This document shows positions 1 through 10,129 of a stretch of 64,000 nt of DNA, in pieces. Under the pieces are notes generated by a model. That model worked only from the letters and a program-made list of their open reading frames with translations, had not been told where the DNA came from and ran no database searches. The position numbers were made by a program, and so were the translations under genes. This stretch comes from Promethearchaeota archaeon (GTDB lineage Archaea; Asgardarchaeota; Lokiarchaeia; Sigyniarchaeales; SOKP01), in contig JBHLOY010000006.1 in assembly GCA_048939995.1 (NCBI GenBank), positions 64,001 to 128,000 of the forward strand. Reading direction: 5' to 3'. How positions within the stretch are numbered: the first letter of the stretch is position 1; each line of letters opens with the position of its first letter.

Positions 1-1
1 A

Positions 2-316
2 AAGGCTTTTTCAAATATTTCTGATAAAAATTCAGCTAAAATAGAGCAAATTAAACGTGAAATCATTCCATTCAAAAAGACTTTAATGGAGTCGAACGAA
101 ATTTTTAATAATATTATTAATAAATTAGATTTAATGGATGCTGAACGAATTTCTGTAAATGATAGTTTAACATTACTCGAAAATCGATATAAACGAGGAA
201 AATTGGAGTCAAAAGCAGTTTATCAGAAATTATTGGAGGATTTTATGAAGAGAAGAAAAAGAATTGATCGCACGATTGATAAATTTATACAACAACTTAG
301 AAGTTATTTATTATAA
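2..316 (+). CDS. C-terminal helical/coiled-coil part of a protein truncated by the window start (possibly an archaeal ribophorin-I-like protein)
   Basis: The frame of ORF 86..316 is open back to position 2 (KAFSNISDKN...). The tail LENRYKRGKL...YQKLL resembles, from memory, tails of Asgard/Bathyarchaeia ribophorin-like proteins; the family call is weak. Confidence 0.35.
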   Translation, partial: KAFSNISDKNSAKIEQIKREIIPFKKTLMESNEIFNNIINKLDLMDAERISVNDSLTLLENRYKRGKLESKAVYQKLLEDFMKRRKRIDRTIDKFIQQLRSYLL

Positions 317-351
317 ATTTCAAATCTATTTTATTGAATTGGTTAATATAA

Positions 352-975
352 ATGAAGCCTTGGTTATTTGATGTCTTAGCTTGTCCTATTGATAAACATT
401 TTCCTTTAGAATTATATATTTTTTCATATGCTAACAAAATTGGTGACTTTGAATCTTTTTTAAATGTGTATAAACAAAGAGATTTAGAAGTTATTAAAAA
501 AGATTCGATAATTAAAATCTATAAGGAGGGTGAAATCGTATATATTAGTGATGGTATTGTATTGGAAAAAACTCCTTTCGATAGATACATTGAGCTATTG
601 CTATCAAGTATTAATGAACTTAATTATATTAATGATCAATCCAAAGATAAAATAAGTGGGTTATGTTTTAATCTAATCAAGAATGAAATTAGAGAAAAGC
701 TAATAGAATTTTTAAAAAATTTTGCTGCAAAAAAAGTTGAAAATCTAATCCCTGAATTTTTTTTTGTTAATAAAATTAAACTTGAGGTAGAAATAAATTC
801 TGGACTATTACTCTGTCCAAAATGTAAACGCTGGTATCCTATAATTGATACAATTCCGCAAATGCTCCCTGATGAGTTTAGAAACAGAACTAAGGAGCTT
901 GAATTCTTAAAAACCAACAAGAATTTATTGAATGATGAATTCTTTAAACAAGATTTAAAACCTTTTAATATATAG
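352..975 (+). CDS. trm112: Trm112 family methyltransferase activator with long central insertion
   Basis: Split Trm112 motif: N-terminal LFDVLACPIDKHFPLEL and C-terminal GLLLCPKCKRWYPIIDTIPQMLPDE. Confidence 0.85.
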   Translation: MKPWLFDVLACPIDKHFPLELYIFSYANKIGDFESFLNVYKQRDLEVIKKDSIIKIYKEGEIVYISDGIVLEKTPFDRYIELLLSSINELNYINDQSKDKISGLCFNLIKNEIREKLIEFLKNFAAKKVENLIPEFFFVNKIKLEVEINSGLLLCPKCKRWYPIIDTIPQMLPDEFRNRTKELEFLKTNKNLLNDEFFKQDLKPFNI

Positions 976-1000
976 AATTCAACTATTTATTGATGAAGAG

Positions 1001-1073
1001 AGCCCGGTGGTGTAGCGGCCAAGCATATGGGGCTTTGAACCCCGTGACCACGGTTCGAATCCGTGCCGGGCTA
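1001..1073 (+). tRNA. tRNA-Gln(TTG), intronless
   Basis: Acceptor AGCCCGG/CCGGGCT with the A1-U72 pair typical of archaeal Gln tRNA; anticodon arm TGGGG-CTTTGAA-CCCCG; T arm CACGG-TTCGAAT-CCGTG. Confidence 0.95.
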
Positions 1074-1140
1074 TCTCATTCTAAAAAGAATCTATTCTCC
1101 TAATAAAGTTTAATATAGATGAGTTTTTCAAGAACTTAAT

Positions 1141-2082
1141 ATGTTAAATAAATTGAGGAGTATTCTCAACCTCTTGAGAATAAGACAATACTATAAAAAT
1201 GCTTTGATATTTGTGGGAATTTTCTTTAGCGAAAGGTTATTCGATTTTTCCTTGTATTTTTCTCTAATTATAGGTTTTATCTTGTTATGTTGTGCATCAT
1301 CATTTAATTACATCATAAATGATATTCGAGATATTAAATATGATAGAAACCATCCAGAGAAATTAAAGAAAAAACCTCTTGCATCAAAAGAACTTTCAAT
1401 ATTATTCGCGATTATAATTCTATTCATTATAATAGGTATTATCATTCCTTCTTTCATTTATTTAATACCAAACTTGTATTTTGCTTTAATGTTAATTCTA
1501 ATTATCGTAACTGGTCAGCTTTATAACCTTTTTTTAAAAAATTATGCATTTGTTGATATTCTAACTCTTTCTTTGGGTTATTTATGGCGAGCTTTAGCAG
1601 GATGTTTTTTAATTAAAGAATATGTTTCTGCATGGCTATTTTTAGCAATTTTTGAAGTAGCACTTTTCTTGGGAATAGCAAAAAGAAGAGGAGACTTGAA
1701 TTATCTTGGTGAACAAAAAGCAATAGAACATAAAAAAGTCTATAAATATTATTCTGTAGAGTTATTAAACCAGTTTTATATTATTATATCAAGTTGTCTT
1801 TTCATGACATATTCACTCTATCTGATTTTTAACTTTGAATTATTTGATCCTAGCAGTGTCAACCTTTATGAATATATTGCAGTCTTTACAATTCCAATCG
1901 CTTTATACATTATAATGCGGTATAATTATTTAACTACCACAAAACCAAAAGTAGCCCGAAGTCCCGAAAAAGCATTTTTTGATAAGGGTATTATTATCTC
2001 CGCGTTTATCTTATTCTTAATATTGATTCTTTCTTTTTATTTTGACCAATTCATTGAATTCTTTAATTCAATATTAACATAA
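1141..2082 (+). CDS. UbiA prenyltransferase family (decaprenyl-phosphate phosphoribosyltransferase-like)
   Basis: LLRIRQYYKN, YIINDIRDIKYDRNHPEK..KPLAS and KRRGD motifs; multiple TM segments. Confidence 0.85.
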   Translation: MLNKLRSILNLLRIRQYYKNALIFVGIFFSERLFDFSLYFSLIIGFILLCCASSFNYIINDIRDIKYDRNHPEKLKKKPLASKELSILFAIIILFIIIGIIIPSFIYLIPNLYFALMLILIIVTGQLYNLFLKNYAFVDILTLSLGYLWRALAGCFLIKEYVSAWLFLAIFEVALFLGIAKRRGDLNYLGEQKAIEHKKVYKYYSVELLNQFYIIISSCLFMTYSLYLIFNFELFDPSSVNLYEYIAVFTIPIALYIIMRYNYLTTTKPKVARSPEKAFFDKGIIISAFILFLILILSFYFDQFIEFFNSILT

Positions 2083-2395
2083 ATCTTCTCGCTTAATTAA
2101 CCTAATTAACCTTAATAAGTATATATGACTAAATTGAAACACTAAACAAATTACGTAGAATAATGCAAATGATTTATTTTACGATATAAAATTCCTCAAT
2201 AGAGATTATTCCCTAATAAATAAGCTTTAAATAGAATTAAATATAATATTACAAAAGAAATCAAATTAGGCTACAATCTTATATTGATTTCTGAAACTTA
2301 TAAAAAGAGAAGAAAAAACTTATAAGTTTACAAATTTAAGTAGTAATTTAACAAAATCTAATAAAAAATTCAAAACTTTTAATTAAGTGAAAAAT

Positions 2396-4081
2396 ATGGA
2401 AATGGAAAAGAAAAATGTCGCCATTATTGTACTAGCTATAGCTTTAGCCGCTTCAGGAGTCGGTAACATTATTCTAGGGCTGCAAGGTGCTCAATTCGTT
2501 GCACCACCAAATACAACTCTAGTATATGGTACTGCCTCAGGCCCTCATGTGCTTGATCCTGTAAATGCATGGGATTCTGCCTCTAATGATGTTATCGAAC
2601 AAATAGCTGAAAGACTTTTTGCTTATAATTTCTCACGACTTGATTTACCACGATATCCTCTCCTTGCTGAAACCTATTGGTGGGAAACAAACACTATTTT
2701 ACATATAAAGGTTAGAGAAGGAATTGTATTTCACGACTTAACTCCTTTTGATGCAAACGCAACAAAATGGAATTTAGATAGACTATTGTATTTAACCAAT
2801 TGTACTGGAACTCTTCCAAGTACAATGGTTCCTGGAGATCCATCTTCATTATACTTTTTCCCTGATGGTGTGACTCCTATCATAAACAATGTTGTCTCTG
2901 ATGGAGCTTATAATGTCACCATCACTCTGAATGCTCCTTTTGCGCCTTTCTTAGACTTACTATGTTATACTGCAGGTAGTATGTTATCTCCAGCATCGAC
3001 TCCTGACGATGACTTTATCTCACTTACATACGGAAGACTTATTGGAACTGGTCCTTTTGTTTGGGAGTATTACGTTCCAAATGTCGAAGTGAGACTTGGT
3101 CGTTTTGATTATTACTGGCAAGGTCCTGCTTTTTTTGAAGAAGTAATCATGGCAATCATTACGGATCCTACCACCAGAAACAATGCAATGTTAGGTCATG
3201 AAATTGATTATTTATCCGGCCTGATAACTTCCTTACTTGACACATACAGGGCAGATCCTACAATTCATGTTGAAGAATATTCTTTTGATAATAATGTTCC
3301 TTCTTTAGTATATCAATACCTTGGTATGAACAACGTATTGATTCCAACTCACTGGAGGAAAGCAATTTCATACGCTGTGAATTACACATATATTATTGAT
3401 GAGTTACTAAATGGTTTAGGAATTAGGGCTAATGGACCAATCTCACCTGGTTATGGTGCTCCCTATAACGCCAGTAATCAAGCAGCAGTTTTTGATTTAG
3501 CTGTTGCTCGACAGGTCGTTGTCGATAACGTACCAGCTGCCGCTGGATTTCCAGTAAATAATGATCCTACTGATGCCACCTGGTTAGGTGCGACCTTAGC
3601 GACTTTTAACTATACTTATAACATAGGTAACTCATTCAGAGAAGACATGTTGGATGCCTTGGAAGCTTGGCTTCCTGCAATAGGCATTAATGTAGTGGAT
3701 GATGGGGTAACATGGAGTGCATATCTCAGAAAATTATTTGGTGATTATGACGAATTAGGGCTCTTTTTCATCGGTTGGGCTCCAGACTACAAAGATCCAT
3801 TTAACATGCTTGATCCATTATTCAATCCTGCATCATACGCAGATTCTGGACAAGTTGATGACTCTAAGTTAAATGGTATGATTGCGCTAGCTTTAACTAC
3901 GACTGATGATACTGCCAGAGCTAACATCTATAAGAATATTCAATGGTATTTAGCTAATAGATTATATCCTCACGTCTTTGTCTACCATTCAGTATCAATA
4001 TCAATTCACTCTGCAGATCTATATGGCTTCTGGTATAATGTTTATGGCGCTTTAAGATTCTATCCTATATACCGAGCATAG
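2396..4081 (+). CDS. dppA: Peptide ABC transporter substrate-binding protein (family 5)
   Basis: N-terminal membrane anchor; LDP..AWD, IGTGPF, RKAISYAVN and GWAPDYKDP motifs. ATG 2396 preferred over GTG 2387. Confidence 0.9.
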   Translation: MEMEKKNVAIIVLAIALAASGVGNIILGLQGAQFVAPPNTTLVYGTASGPHVLDPVNAWDSASNDVIEQIAERLFAYNFSRLDLPRYPLLAETYWWETNTILHIKVREGIVFHDLTPFDANATKWNLDRLLYLTNCTGTLPSTMVPGDPSSLYFFPDGVTPIINNVVSDGAYNVTITLNAPFAPFLDLLCYTAGSMLSPASTPDDDFISLTYGRLIGTGPFVWEYYVPNVEVRLGRFDYYWQGPAFFEEVIMAIITDPTTRNNAMLGHEIDYLSGLITSLLDTYRADPTIHVEEYSFDNNVPSLVYQYLGMNNVLIPTHWRKAISYAVNYTYIIDELLNGLGIRANGPISPGYGAPYNASNQAAVFDLAVARQVVVDNVPAAAGFPVNNDPTDATWLGATLATFNYTYNIGNSFREDMLDALEAWLPAIGINVVDDGVTWSAYLRKLFGDYDELGLFFIGWAPDYKDPFNMLDPLFNPASYADSGQVDDSKLNGMIALALTTTDDTARANIYKNIQWYLANRLYPHVFVYHSVSISIHSADLYGFWYNVYGALRFYPIYRA

Positions 4082-4105
4082 GATATAACTAACTTAAAAT
4101 AAATA

Positions 4106-4134
4106 TTTTTTTTTTTAATTATTACTTTTTTTTT
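4106..4134 (+). terminator. Oligo-T tracts after dppA (archaeal-type terminator or attenuation point)
   Basis: T11 at 4106-4116 and T9 at 4126-4134, directly after the dppA stop. Confidence 0.45.
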
Positions 4135-4136
4135 AT

Positions 4137-5012
4137 ATGATCTTTTTCAAATCGCCAGTTGTAAAACTAAAATCATTTAAAGATGATATTGCCCCAGTTG
4201 GTTTTTATTTTGACATTTTTCCAACTGAATATTTTAAGATTCCTATTTTTCCCCTTCCGATGCGTGTAGACAAATTGTCAAATGGAGAGCCTACCCTCTT
4301 TATCAATTTAGAAATCCATAAATTGGATGCTTTATGTGAGAAGTTAGATTTAGCAATTGATTTTAAATTATTTTATAGCATTGGAATAAAAAATCTTATT
4401 GAATATGCAAAAATAAAAAAGAAAGAGCTAACTTCGAGAGACTTGGAGAGGAAAAAAGTGAAAAATTGGTGGAGAGAATCCAATTCCTTTAGTTCTAATA
4501 ATCTCGATCTAATTGAATCCTTTACATTTATCAATGCTGAATTTATTAAGATGTATAGTAATATAATTCAGAATAATATAAACTCAACTCAAGGAGATTT
4601 TAGAAATACTTTAATTCGATACTGTGAGTCAATTGTAGATTATTTTCGCATTAAAATTGAAAAGAACATATTTTATATCAATATAGACAATGAACTTAAG
4701 GAAGAAAAATTATATTTAGAAAGGAAAAATAAATTCTATCCATTAATTATTAAAATGCCCGTCCATGATAAAATCAATGATAAGGTTTATGAGATGGGTT
4801 TTGTTCCTTATCTAATTTATGAAGATTTGTTAGATTGCTTCTCATATAATTTAAATCTTTTAAAGACTAAGGACTATACGATAAACTTAAAAGTTTACAA
4901 AGATAACCTAATAATTAATAAAAGATCGAATATTTCTGATATTGAAGTTTTTAAACAGAATATAAGAACTTTTAAGATACAAGATATTGATTTAGATAAA
5001 TTATTACAATAA
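4137..5012 (+). CDS. Hypothetical soluble protein within the dpp cluster
   Basis: 291-aa ORF co-oriented with the operon; no recognised motif. Confidence 0.6.
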   Translation: MIFFKSPVVKLKSFKDDIAPVGFYFDIFPTEYFKIPIFPLPMRVDKLSNGEPTLFINLEIHKLDALCEKLDLAIDFKLFYSIGIKNLIEYAKIKKKELTSRDLERKKVKNWWRESNSFSSNNLDLIESFTFINAEFIKMYSNIIQNNINSTQGDFRNTLIRYCESIVDYFRIKIEKNIFYINIDNELKEEKLYLERKNKFYPLIIKMPVHDKINDKVYEMGFVPYLIYEDLLDCFSYNLNLLKTKDYTINLKVYKDNLIINKRSNISDIEVFKQNIRTFKIQDIDLDKLLQ

Positions 5013-5037
5013 ATCAAACTTACAAGAGAATGATTTT

Positions 5038-5520
5038 ATGAAATTCAAAAAAATTGAATTTGCTAGACAAACTAACTTTATTCTAGGACTACTATTAGTT
5101 CATTTTGTGTTTTTTGGTTATTTGGCGAACATTTTTCATCCACCAGTATCATCATATAAAGGAATAGGTGAAAGAATTTTGTTTTTATACCAGGTTTTAT
5201 TTAGTCCTTATACCTTTCTTTCAGCAATTATTCTGGGAGTTATTGTTTTTATCATGGCATTTAGAGAACAGTTCTTTGAATATGGAATTAGAAACAGTAT
5301 CTGGTTAATTCCCTTTATTATAATTGAATCATGGATATGGTATTGGTTCATAATAGAAGAATTTGACATTACTGTAATTGGAATGTACTTCATAAGAATT
5401 GAAAGTTATATCACAATTGTAAGTTTATTTGGAATAAATTTATTCGCCGCTTTTTTGGCATCAATCGCCAAGGAAAAATATAAGACCTATTTAAAAAGAG
5501 TAAAAGTAATAAAGAGGTAA
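5038..5520 (+). CDS. Hypothetical 4-TM membrane protein
   Basis: Four hydrophobic segments; co-oriented in the dpp operon. Confidence 0.65.
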   Translation: MKFKKIEFARQTNFILGLLLVHFVFFGYLANIFHPPVSSYKGIGERILFLYQVLFSPYTFLSAIILGVIVFIMAFREQFFEYGIRNSIWLIPFIIIESWIWYWFIIEEFDITVIGMYFIRIESYITIVSLFGINLFAAFLASIAKEKYKTYLKRVKVIKR

Positions 5521-5546
5521 AAAGTAGTTTAGGAGGCTTTTGGAAA

Positions 5547-6566
5547 ATGAGTTTGATAAAATATATTATTAGAAGATTATTAGCAATGATACCAGTACTT
5601 TTTGGTGTACTGACCTTAACTTTTGTTTTATCAAGATTTATGCCAGGGGATCCTGTATTAGCATATTTACCCGAGGGAAGAGTAGATCCTGATCAATACA
5701 GAGCTGTAATGCGCCTACTGGGATTAGATCAACCCATTTATATACAATATTTTCGGTATCTTGGTGATCTATTTACCGGCAATTGGGGTATTTCCATATC
5801 TATTGTGCGAGGTATGCCTGTTTGGGACTTAATTATGGTTAGTTTACCTAGAACTGTTGATATAGCAATTTTATCCATAATTATAGCCGCGTTTGTAGGT
5901 ATTAAGACGGGAGTTATTTCTGCAAAACATAGAAATAAAGCAAGGGACACTATCTTCCGAGGTATGTCACTTGTTGGAGTCGCTGTTCCCGTTTTCTTTC
6001 TTGGTATGATATTACAATATACACTAGGTTATCTTTGGCCTATTTTTCCAACAACTGGGTTTAAGACTTATAGTTATCCGGATCCTGCTGTTGTTACTGG
6101 TTTCAGGTGGATTGACGCATTAATTTCTCAGGAAATATATATGATATCTGATTATTTATACCACTTAATCTTGCCAGTATTTTGTTTATCGTTTATTTCG
6201 TTAGCGGGAATTGTGAGACAAACTCGTTCCAGTATGCTGGAGGTACTCGAGCAAGATTATGTAAGGACTGCAAGAGCAAAAGGTTGTAAAGAAAAAGATG
6301 TAATCAATACACACGCAAGAAAAAATGCTATGATTCCCACCGTTACCGTTATTGGATTGAGTTTTGCTGGACTCTTGTCAGGAGCCGTTCTTACAGAGAC
6401 AACATTTGGACTAGCTGGAATAGGACAATTGCTTGTTCAATCAATTCGTAATTCAGATTATTGGGTACTTAATGGATTAGTGTTTTTCTTCTCGATAATC
6501 TTTGTTGCTATCAATTTAGTAACAGACTTAATCTATGGAATGTTAGATCCGCGCATTAGATATTAA
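5547..6566 (+). CDS. dppB: Peptide ABC transporter permease DppB/OppB
   Basis: YIIRRLL..PGDP, GLDQPIYIQY, DYVRTARAKG and LDPRIRY motifs; SD AGGAGG upstream. Confidence 0.93.
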   Translation: MSLIKYIIRRLLAMIPVLFGVLTLTFVLSRFMPGDPVLAYLPEGRVDPDQYRAVMRLLGLDQPIYIQYFRYLGDLFTGNWGISISIVRGMPVWDLIMVSLPRTVDIAILSIIIAAFVGIKTGVISAKHRNKARDTIFRGMSLVGVAVPVFFLGMILQYTLGYLWPIFPTTGFKTYSYPDPAVVTGFRWIDALISQEIYMISDYLYHLILPVFCLSFISLAGIVRQTRSSMLEVLEQDYVRTARAKGCKEKDVINTHARKNAMIPTVTVIGLSFAGLLSGAVLTETTFGLAGIGQLLVQSIRNSDYWVLNGLVFFFSIIFVAINLVTDLIYGMLDPRIRY

Positions 6567-6590
6567 ATTTCTTATAAAAAGTGAGTACAT

Positions 6591-7595
6591 TTGCAAGAAG
6601 AAGAGATTTATCAAGTTCAAGTAGAAGAGAAAGAAAAAGAAAAGTCGACCGTAAATAAAGTAGGTTCTTGGATCTTTAAAAACCTTAAGTTCCTTTTCAT
6701 TCCAGCTTCCAGGTTGGAGGAACTATCTCTTAGAGAGCTTCATTACGAAAGAACAGTGAGTAGAAGGAAATTCATTCGAAGATTTAAATCTACATTGACT
6801 ATAATAGGGATAGCTATAGTATTTGTAATAATAACTTTGGCTGTATTTCCTCATTGGGTATCTACTTTCACAGTTGAACAAGCTAATGGAGTATATCCTG
6901 GGGCTTGGGATGCGCCCTCACCAAATCATCCTTTAGGGCAAACCAAATTTGGACGTGATGTGCTCGCTAGAATGATATATGGCGCAAGAACATCTTTAAC
7001 CGTTGCACTTCCCGCCATTGGCTTTAGTGTCATATTTGGAGTAATTATTGGAGTGATTGCTGCATATTATGGAGGATGGGTTGATTCCATCATTATGAGA
7101 GTAGTGGATGTCTTGCTTGCTTTTCCAGGTTTGATTCTTGCATTAGTTTTTGTTGCAATCCTTGGGACGCGGATTGAAAATATTATGTTTGCATGGGGTA
7201 TTCTTGGAGTACCTTATTATGCTCGTTTGATAAGAGGATCAGTGCTACAAGCACGAGAATTACCTTATATCCAAGCTGCTAAAGTAGCTGGTGCAGGGGA
7301 TTGGAGAATTATGTTTAGACACATATTACCCAACGTTATTCAACCTATAATCATTTCTGTAACTTTCGATATAGGAGGTATAGTATTGAGCTTAGCGGGG
7401 CTTTCATTTCTAGGATTTAGCGATCCAAGAATGATAGACTGGGGGAATGAGATTAATGAAGCACGTGAATTTCTTTACATATCTCCATGGGCTTCAATGG
7501 GACCTGGATTTATGATTTTACTAGCTGTGCTCGGATTCATGTTATTGGGTGATGGGTTACGAGATGCATTAGATCCTAGATTGAAAAACTTATAG
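6591..7595 (+). CDS. dppC: Peptide ABC transporter permease DppC/OppC
   Basis: HPLGQTKFGRDVLAR, YIQAAKVAGA, HILPN and GDGLRDALDP motifs. Confidence 0.93.
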   Translation: MQEEEIYQVQVEEKEKEKSTVNKVGSWIFKNLKFLFIPASRLEELSLRELHYERTVSRRKFIRRFKSTLTIIGIAIVFVIITLAVFPHWVSTFTVEQANGVYPGAWDAPSPNHPLGQTKFGRDVLARMIYGARTSLTVALPAIGFSVIFGVIIGVIAAYYGGWVDSIIMRVVDVLLAFPGLILALVFVAILGTRIENIMFAWGILGVPYYARLIRGSVLQARELPYIQAAKVAGAGDWRIMFRHILPNVIQPIIISVTFDIGGIVLSLAGLSFLGFSDPRMIDWGNEINEAREFLYISPWASMGPGFMILLAVLGFMLLGDGLRDALDPRLKNL

Positions 7596-7650
7596 CTAAT
7601 ATTTAATTATTTTAAATTAGTAAATATATTAAAATGGAGTTATCAGAAAC

Positions 7651-8907
7651 ATGGTAGAAAGCTCAAAAGTGGAAGAATTTGATAGTTCTTCTGAAGAAAT
7701 CAAAAAAGAAAAGCTAATAGAAATTAAAGGGTTAAAAACATACTTCTATACAGAAGAAGGAATTGTAAAAGCTGTTGATGGTATTTCTTTTGACATATAT
7801 GAGAATGAAGTACTCGGTCTAGTAGGAGAAACTGGATGCGGTAAATCAGTCACTGCCTTATCAATCCTCCAATTAGTAAGAGCCCCGGGAAAGATAATTG
7901 ACGGGAAGGTATTTTTTAAAGGTAAAAATTTACTAGAATTAGATAAAAATCAAATGAGATTGCATCGTGGTAAGAATATTACTATGATCTTTCAAGATCC
8001 TTTGAATTCACTTAATCCAGTAATGACTATTGGAACTCAAGTAGGTGAAGTATTTTTATTACATCAAAAAGATACTATAAAAGAGGAACTTGCTAAGAAA
8101 AACTTAGAAAGAAAAAACAAGCTACAAAAAAAAAAAGAGTTAAAAGAACATTTAGGTAATAGTAAAAACAGGTTATCAGAGGATGAGATTTTGGAAATTG
8201 AATCTCAAATTAATCAACTAAAGAAAGAAACAACTCATATACCAACCTTCAAAGACATCTTAACTGAAAAATGTGTAACAATTATTAGAGAAGTAGGAAT
8301 TGCTGATGCTCAAGGTATACTTAAACGATATCCTCATGAATTAAGCGGAGGTATGAGACAGCGTGTAATGATTGCAATGGCTTTATCATGCAATCCAGCT
8401 CTTTTAATCGCAGATGAACCAACAACAGCTTTAGATGTCACAATTCAAGCACAGATTCTAGAATTAATGAAAGATTTAAAAGACAGATTTAGAACCTCTA
8501 TATTATTAATAACACACGATCTGGGGATTATTGCTGAATTATGTGATAGAGTAGCAGTGATGTATAGTGGAAGCATTGTAGAATATGCTACTGCTGATGA
8601 CCTCTTTAAGAAACCGCGTCATCCATATACAAGAGGTTTAATTTCTGCTATTCCAAGTATTGAGTTAAGAGATAAGAAATTAAAAACAATCAGAGGGATG
8701 GTTCCAAATTTAATATATCCTCCTTCAGGTTGTAGATTTCATCCACGATGTGATGAAAGATTAGAGATTTGTGATAAAGTTAAACCTGAATTCATTGAAA
8801 TTGGAGATAAGTATTATATTGCATGCCACTTATATGATCCTAGATATAAGGATTCTCCAAAATATCAATGGACAAAAGAAGAAAAAGGTGAATCTCTCTT
8901 AATTTAA
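7651..8907 (+). CDS. dppD: Peptide ABC transporter ATPase DppD with coiled-coil insertion
   Basis: Walker A GETGCGKS, LSGGMRQR, IADEPTTALD and C-terminal GCRFHPRC. Confidence 0.93.
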   Translation: MVESSKVEEFDSSSEEIKKEKLIEIKGLKTYFYTEEGIVKAVDGISFDIYENEVLGLVGETGCGKSVTALSILQLVRAPGKIIDGKVFFKGKNLLELDKNQMRLHRGKNITMIFQDPLNSLNPVMTIGTQVGEVFLLHQKDTIKEELAKKNLERKNKLQKKKELKEHLGNSKNRLSEDEILEIESQINQLKKETTHIPTFKDILTEKCVTIIREVGIADAQGILKRYPHELSGGMRQRVMIAMALSCNPALLIADEPTTALDVTIQAQILELMKDLKDRFRTSILLITHDLGIIAELCDRVAVMYSGSIVEYATADDLFKKPRHPYTRGLISAIPSIELRDKKLKTIRGMVPNLIYPPSGCRFHPRCDERLEICDKVKPEFIEIGDKYYIACHLYDPRYKDSPKYQWTKEEKGESLLI

Positions 8908-8929
8908 ATGAATTTAAGGTGTGAGGAAA

Positions 8930-10039
8930 ATGACAATTATAGAGAACGAATTGGAAAGTGAAGAATGGGAAGATTCTGAAAAGAAAAAACCAATTTTAAC
9001 TGTAAAGGATTTAAAGACATATTATCCTATTTATGGTGGTATTTTTAAAAGGGTAGTAGGATATGTGAAAGCGGTCGATGGAGTTTCTTTTAAACTTTAT
9101 AAAGGAGAAACTTTAGGATTAGTTGGAGAAAGTGGGTGTGGAAAAACAACAATCGGTAATACTATTTTGGATCTTGTACCTAATAATGCAGGTGAGATTT
9201 ATTTTGGAGATATAAGAGTTGATTCTGCAGGGATTAAAGGTTGGCGTAAAAAGAAAGCATTGAAACAGGAACGAAAAAAAATGCAAATAAGGAAAAAAGT
9301 ACAGATGGTTTTTCAAGATCCTGATTCATCACTGAATCCACGTTGGAAGGTGGTGAATTTAATAGGTGAACCCTTAAGAATTTTAATGGGTATAAGAAAA
9401 CGTAGCGAAATCCGTAGAAAAGTTCTTGAATTATTAGAAACAGTTTCAATGAAAGCAGAACATTTAGATAGATATCCACATGAATTTTCAGGGGGCCAAA
9501 AGCAGAGAATAGTTATTGCAAGAGCGTTGGCCTGTAATCCAGAAATAATTGTATTGGATGAACCAACCTCTGCACTTGATGTCTCCGTTCAAGCCCAAAT
9601 ATTAAATTTATTGAGAGATCTTCAAAATCAATTTAACTTGGCTTATATTTTTATCACTCATGATCTGACTGTTGTCCAACATATTGTAGATAATATCCAA
9701 GTCATGTACTTAGGTAAATTTGTAGAGGGTGGTACAATTGATGAAGTATTTTACAATCCCACACATCCATACACGAAAGCATTATTGTCCGCAAGACCTA
9801 CATTTGATCCTTCTTCTAAAAGGAAAAGAATAATTCTAGAAGGTGACGTTCCTAGTCCGATAAATCCCCCTTCTGGATGTGCCTTTCATCCACGATGTTT
9901 TGAAAAAGACCAACATATGGGATGTGGAATTGAAAATCCTGTAGAAATAAAATTAGAAGGAAATCATTACATAAGCTGCTTACCCTTCAAAAAAGAAGCA
10001 GAAAAATCCTATGAAGGTTGGGAATATATTTCAGATTAA
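8930..10039 (+). CDS. dppF: Peptide ABC transporter ATPase DppF/OppF
   Basis: GESGCGKT, FSGGQKQR, LDEPTSALD and GCAFHPRC motifs. Confidence 0.93.
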   Translation: MTIIENELESEEWEDSEKKKPILTVKDLKTYYPIYGGIFKRVVGYVKAVDGVSFKLYKGETLGLVGESGCGKTTIGNTILDLVPNNAGEIYFGDIRVDSAGIKGWRKKKALKQERKKMQIRKKVQMVFQDPDSSLNPRWKVVNLIGEPLRILMGIRKRSEIRRKVLELLETVSMKAEHLDRYPHEFSGGQKQRIVIARALACNPEIIVLDEPTSALDVSVQAQILNLLRDLQNQFNLAYIFITHDLTVVQHIVDNIQVMYLGKFVEGGTIDEVFYNPTHPYTKALLSARPTFDPSSKRKRIILEGDVPSPINPPSGCAFHPRCFEKDQHMGCGIENPVEIKLEGNHYISCLPFKKEAEKSYEGWEYISD

Positions 10040-10129
10040 TTTCTAATATTTTTTTTCTTATTTATATTTATCTTCTAAGCTTTATTTAGAATCATAAAAA
10101 AAATAAACCTTCAATAATTATTTTTTTTT

